NCBI GenBank assembly: GCA_001600695.1
Contig: BCKQ01000003.1
Coordinates: 1-36,603 of the forward strand
DNA length: 36,603 nucleotides
Direction of reading: 5' to 3'
Source of the DNA: Ascoidea asiatica JCM 7603
Lineage: Eukaryota; Fungi; Ascomycota
Shown here: in pieces, positions 31,901 to 36,603 of the stretch
Numbering within the stretch: the first letter of the stretch is position 1
Layout: each line of letters starts with the position of its first letter
Notes under the pieces: generated by a model
The model's input: the letters and a program-made list of their open reading frames with translations, nothing else
Databases searched by the model: none
What the model was told of the DNA's origin: nothing
Program-made: the position numbers and the translations under genes

Positions 31901-34900
31901 AAAAACTTTATCCCCCATTTGCAATTAGAATTGATTTCGAATTTAGCTACTAGAACAACGCATTAATATTAGTTAATATCATATACTGTTACTGAATATT
32001 GTACAATATGTACTCTCTTTTACAATATGGATTCCCAAAAGTAAATTTATTTTTGTAAAACATATCTCATTCCTCATTCTGGTAGAAGTAATATATGGAT
32101 ATATCATTCACGGCTTGACCATCAAATATCATAACAAGTAAAGTATTATCAATTTGACCACAAATTGTTCTTGTATTTATAAAACCTTTTCTATTAATAT
32201 CATACATCATGGACGCAAGCCTGTTTAGAACGGAGCCAAGGTGTAGCGCTCCAATATCTTCGTAGTTGGATTATGAAGAACATTAAGTCGTGTTACCAAC
32301 AGATTCATAAAAGCATTCTGATCTAAATATTTTCAATTGCGTACGTCTGAATATTGGTTGTGGGCCAATTCACTTGGAAAATCTTATTAACTTTTGTTGA
32401 AGGATTAGTGTAAACATTTGTTGCATATTAAACTTCAAAATTCCAAGTAAAAAGTGCAAGGGTCTGAAAAAATAAATTGCTTCTACCCAAAGTATGTATT
32501 CATTTAATACTTATTTTGAACGACTATTTGGATAACTTGTCTAGGTTGCAAGTTTTTAATGATTAATCGACAGACACGGAATGTACTTGGAAAAAATTAT
32601 TATCAAACCTTAAACGTTGACGGTAATGTGAATGTTTATCTCTATGGTGAGTCACCATTTAACTGAATTCTTTGAATGCCAAGTGCACTTCGGTTGTTCT
32701 TTTCTCTTTAAGCAGTCAAGAAAAATACATTTTGAGTATAACTCCTTCTCTGTCCCTCAGTAGCGGAAAGTAATGGCTGCTGAAACAAAGATTTGATCCC
32801 TTTCTAAAATGCCCAGATAAGAATATAGTAGCAGCATTTCAACAAATTTATGGTCTTCTGATGGTATCGGAGACTGGAATTCTAATTAATTGTGCAACAG
32901 TGCAAGAAGCTCATCTAATTTCAAAACTAAATACGGATCATGAAGTGGTAAGATTTTGACTTTCCCCTAAAAGGTTGATGGTAGATAGTGAAAACCGAAG
33001 AAATTTTTTGATGAAGTTGATCAGCCATAATTATTGGTGGTAGCGAATGTTACCACACTTGTAGTGGTTTGGTGGCAAAAATTATTTAACGCATTATATT
33101 AACTAAAATTTTTTAATCTTTTGGCAGAGTCCCCCTCAGTATTTACTTTAGTCACACGTTTTAAACAGTTTGTGTGACTCTCTTGGTTGGATGAATCATC
33201 AATCTTATCACTTTGATGAGAAATAGCTGAAAAGAGTAAATGGATACATAAATCCTTACTCTTTGTTTTCTGAGATATTGAAATCCCTACGAAAAGTCTG
33301 TCACGATTTCTAGCTACTACTCCGCGAGGTAATATTATTCTAGTGGAGCAAACCTGTGCATTAAAATTGGCCTGCGGCATTTTAGTGCAAACGATGCTGA
33401 TTAGGCCTAGTACCTGTAATGATTACAGGAGAAAAAAAACCTATTGTGTACTGTTTCGGCAGCACTATTTTGTAAGGTCACGCAATGGGCTCAGGAGTCG
33501 CCTTGTAGGGCATTACACTTTAGTATGTTAATGAAGTATTCACAACCGACGCCTAACAGTGAACCGTGATTCTGGAGATACCTGTCACGAGTTCTAAAAA
33601 GATATACTTGAAGTATTTTAAAGGTAGACAGATGCAGGAGATTCGTCATATCCATTTCCCTGGTGTCGATTCGTCGGTACGTAATAAGTAAGAGTGAAAC
33701 CTGATTGCTGTACACACGTTCAATGCGCATATACTAAGTACAGAGAGGGCTGGTTTTTTGATCCAAATTATTAATTTTACGAAGAAATTATAAACTCTTA
33801 ATTGTCTGTGAGACACTAATATTCGGTTGAAGAAGTCAGCTTGGCTTGATATGTATAATTGTTCTTGGCAAACAGGGTGATGTCATGGGTCTTCATGAGG
33901 GCAGTCGATTACTGATTGGCTACCACAAGTTGAGTGGGTACTTGGAAGGATGAATGTCGTAATTTATACAAAAGGTGCTTGTAGGTTCTACCAACCGAGT
34001 GTTACTTGTACGTTCTGTCGTCTTGTATGTGCACAGTACTAACGTGGGATTGAGATAGGAGGTGTCATTTGTACCACAAATATTACTGGTACGAAGCAAC
34101 ACCCTGCTATGTTTACCGGCTCTCAGTAGCAAACGATTTACTATAACTAGAAAAAACAGGTAGCGAAATTTATGAGATAAATTTCTCATTAATCAACGTT
34201 AAAATTAATGTAAAAAGACCTTGATTTTTGAATATTTTTATATAATTTTGATATAGGGATTATTGAAATAAATAAATATGAAGGGTAATAATATTCAACA
34301 AAGTTGTTGTTCTTAAATCATTCGACGAAAAGGCCATTATCCTAATTAGTGACATTATCCTTTTTAAAAACGCCTTTTCCCATAAAGTTCTATTTGTTCA
34401 ACATTGTGAAGCAAAGCATTTTAGTAGAAATGATAGATTGTTAATAGTTACATACAAAACTGCTGTTAGTTCCATGGGTAATTTATTCTTGGATGCAACT
34501 AAGAGGACGAGTCTCATTTTCCGCTTAGGAATCACTCATAATGTGCCTATGCGTTTACAAATTTAGTTGAGCAGCCCTGCGAACGAGACAGCTGATTGAT
34601 ATGTTTGGATCCACCTGAAATTTCTTTCCAAACTGGTTGTTATGATTTAAATAGGTTTGTAGGAAATTAGGGTTAGTTGTGTTTTTTATTTGAATTGCAT
34701 TCCAATGAAGTGTTCATCACTTCAAATATCTGACTGCGGATCGTAAAGTGTATCTACATTTGGTATAACGTTTGATATATCCTTTTTAGGTTTGACGTCT
34801 AAGGCATCCTATTTAGTGAGGTTTATGTCAAAGACATCTGGAAAATCAATTTTTAATAAACTGTTTGTTCAAGCGCTTTACTGTTACAGGATTGATATTT

Positions 34901-35062
34901 TGGCAGCTAAGATTGCCTTTTTGTCTACTCTAATCGCCTGTTACATGTTGGCCTCTTAAGCAATAGAATCATAAGTGGAGATTAAATGACGTGGTTGATA
35001 TGTTAAACCTGATTGAATATGAACTACTTAATTTGTTTATGAGCTCTACAAAAGGTTGCATC

Positions 35063-35314
35063 CTATGCCGTGTAAGACAGCCGTCCCTTCTGTATACTAA
35101 TAGTAGCTATATAAAAATAAAGTACTATTGAAAAACTAGTGAGAATAATAATTATTGTAATTAAAAGACTATAAACAAAAATATTGAGAGTACACAAAAG
35201 TAATAATAATGTAGTATAATTCGAAAGAATTATTAATAAGAATAATTTGAGAGACAGGGTTAATTGTAAAAATAAGAGTAAAGTGAAGATAATTCTTCTA
35301 AATAATACAATAGC
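35063..35314 (-). pseudogene. Stop-free 83-codon hydrophobic frame (2-3 predicted TM helices) between LINE B ORF1 and endonuclease
   Basis: Hand translation: AIVLFRRIIFTLLLFLQLTLSLKLFLLIILSNYTTLLLLLCTLNIFVYSLLITIIIILTSFSIVLYFYIATISIQKGRLSYTA*. There is no start codon near its 5' end, so it is absent from the ORF track. Confidence 0.4.
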
Positions 35315-36603
35315 TCAATTTGATAACAGAAAAAGAAATATAGTATCTTGGTACTGAATAGTAAATTAGACGATAAAAAGAAATTTTGAAAAGTAATAAA
35401 AATAGTGGATTTGATTATTTAAATATCATTTCAAAAATACTTGATAAATTTTAAAATTAATAAATTTCAAGGATTAAAAAGATTTTTTTGAAGAAAAAGT
35501 AAAAATATGTATAATCAAGATTATGCAACATGGAACCATAATAGTGTATCAGAGCGGAAAGGATGAAAATAAAAGACGGGAAAATTAGAGGAGATTGCCA
35601 TTAGCATACTCAGTTTGTAATAAAGCTTCATTATTTGGATTGGATAGTAATAAAACAGAACGTTTTTCAATGTAGATCAAGAAAATCTTTTCAATTTATT
35701 TAGCACTAAGATTAAAACAACTTTTATTTGACGGAACTATTGATTCTGCTAATGACTCTCGTTTGATATGCAGTAAGAAGTCGCTTGTTTCCTTTCGTAT
35801 TCGGGAAGAAGCTATATCTCTTCTTATTTTTGTCGGTTGTTCTACAATAGGTCCCATTCTGAATGGAGCGTTTTGGGCCTTCAGAATTCGTCGGAAATGG
35901 AGACTTTTTGTCACGTGAGTGCCTTTCTGTAATCAAACTTCTTGTGTTTTACCGGCTGAGTAACGCCCAAGAATCTATCCGGTACTGTTGCAGCAAATAG
36001 TTCAAACAAATAATCCAGATACATTGTAAATGATTGAAATCTTTTAAGGTTCATCTACATGGAAAACATTACATATTTCTTTAATAGTTTTTAATTAATC
36101 CTATTTCTAAATATTGTGTTTATAGGCTATCATGTTATATATAATTTATTACAGTATATAAGCGATTACGGACAGTTCCAGAAGGTTTAACATTATATCC
36201 AATTAATTTGAATTGTCTGAAATCTATACGTGCGGCATAAGAATACCAATACAAATTCCTTTGACAATAGCACAATATTGTTTTAAATACAATTGATATA
36301 AAGGACAACTCAGAAGTTAAAAAACAAATTTTATAAATTGAACAGATCCAATTCCTACAAATCCCACCTCGGAAATTAACCTGGCATTTGAAAATTTGGC
36401 CTCCATCAATCGAACTGTTAGAACAGGCACGTGTGAATTTGTACTTTGTTTTATTTTATTTCTCGTTTTTGGTAACAGTTTCCTAGATTGAGACTAAGAG
36501 TTTGATTTTTCTTTGGATTTTCATGTAGCTTTAGGTGCAACATTTGATTTTTCGCTTGAGGTTGGTTCGAGTTTTGTTTTGGCTGTAGATTTGGACCTTT
36601 ATC

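Larger units (their letters stand above)
27324..36603 (-). mobile_element. Degenerate long L1-like non-LTR retrotransposon (LINE B); 5' end probably beyond the window
   Basis: ORF1 knuckle remnant CCNSTG*ILGRY (~35960-35997). Endonuclease AAQLNCKRI (~34560), LTD, RIERVYSN (~33705-33727). RT RLNVLHNPTTKIL, NRKGFINTRTI, LLVMIFDGQA, QMGD, KVAYTS (31700-32290). C-terminal finger YCDTFKSPA*TV..H...PIAKVIY then FIYRLSQNNKAF (29430-29665). Degenerate A-tail TAAAAGAAAAAAA at 27324-27336. Confidence 0.72.

Noticed and set aside
1887-36000. Remaining short 60-110 aa ORFs as host genes or endogenous viral or plasmid genes
   Set aside because: None shows a recognisable cellular, viral or linear-plasmid motif. 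Most are fragments or antisense frames of the TE remnants above.
1-36603. RIP hypermutation or an alternative genetic code as the cause of the many stops
   Set aside because: All three stop types occur along with frequent frameshifts, and many inferred motif changes are transversions (GGT>TGT, GAG>TAG). This fits old neutral decay. Dinucleotide indices were not computed.

Overview
AT-rich eukaryotic DNA, probably fungal and possibly a budding yeast (inferred from the element mix). I found no host gene, rRNA, tRNA or CRISPR array. Reading across stops and frameshifts by eye resolves almost the whole 36.6 kb into a nested graveyard of transposable elements. It holds about five Ty1/copia remnants, four with a degenerate half-tRNA-iMet (Ty5/copia-type) primer-binding site; only the one at 6-1145 still has a long intact frame. 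There are also three Ty3/gypsy fragments, one hAT DNA transposon inserted in a copia RNase H, a solo LTR, two head-to-tail L1-like LINEs and a third LINE ORF1 fragment. About 10 of the 12 oriented remnants lie on the minus strand. The most unusual object is the right-hand LINE (about 27.3-36.6 kb). It appears to carry a transmembrane-coding segment between ORF1 and the endonuclease, and an RNase H-like domain placed after the C-terminal CCHC finger. Boundaries of degenerate elements are approximate (about +/-100 bp or worse). All motif matches were made by eye, without HMM or database searches.
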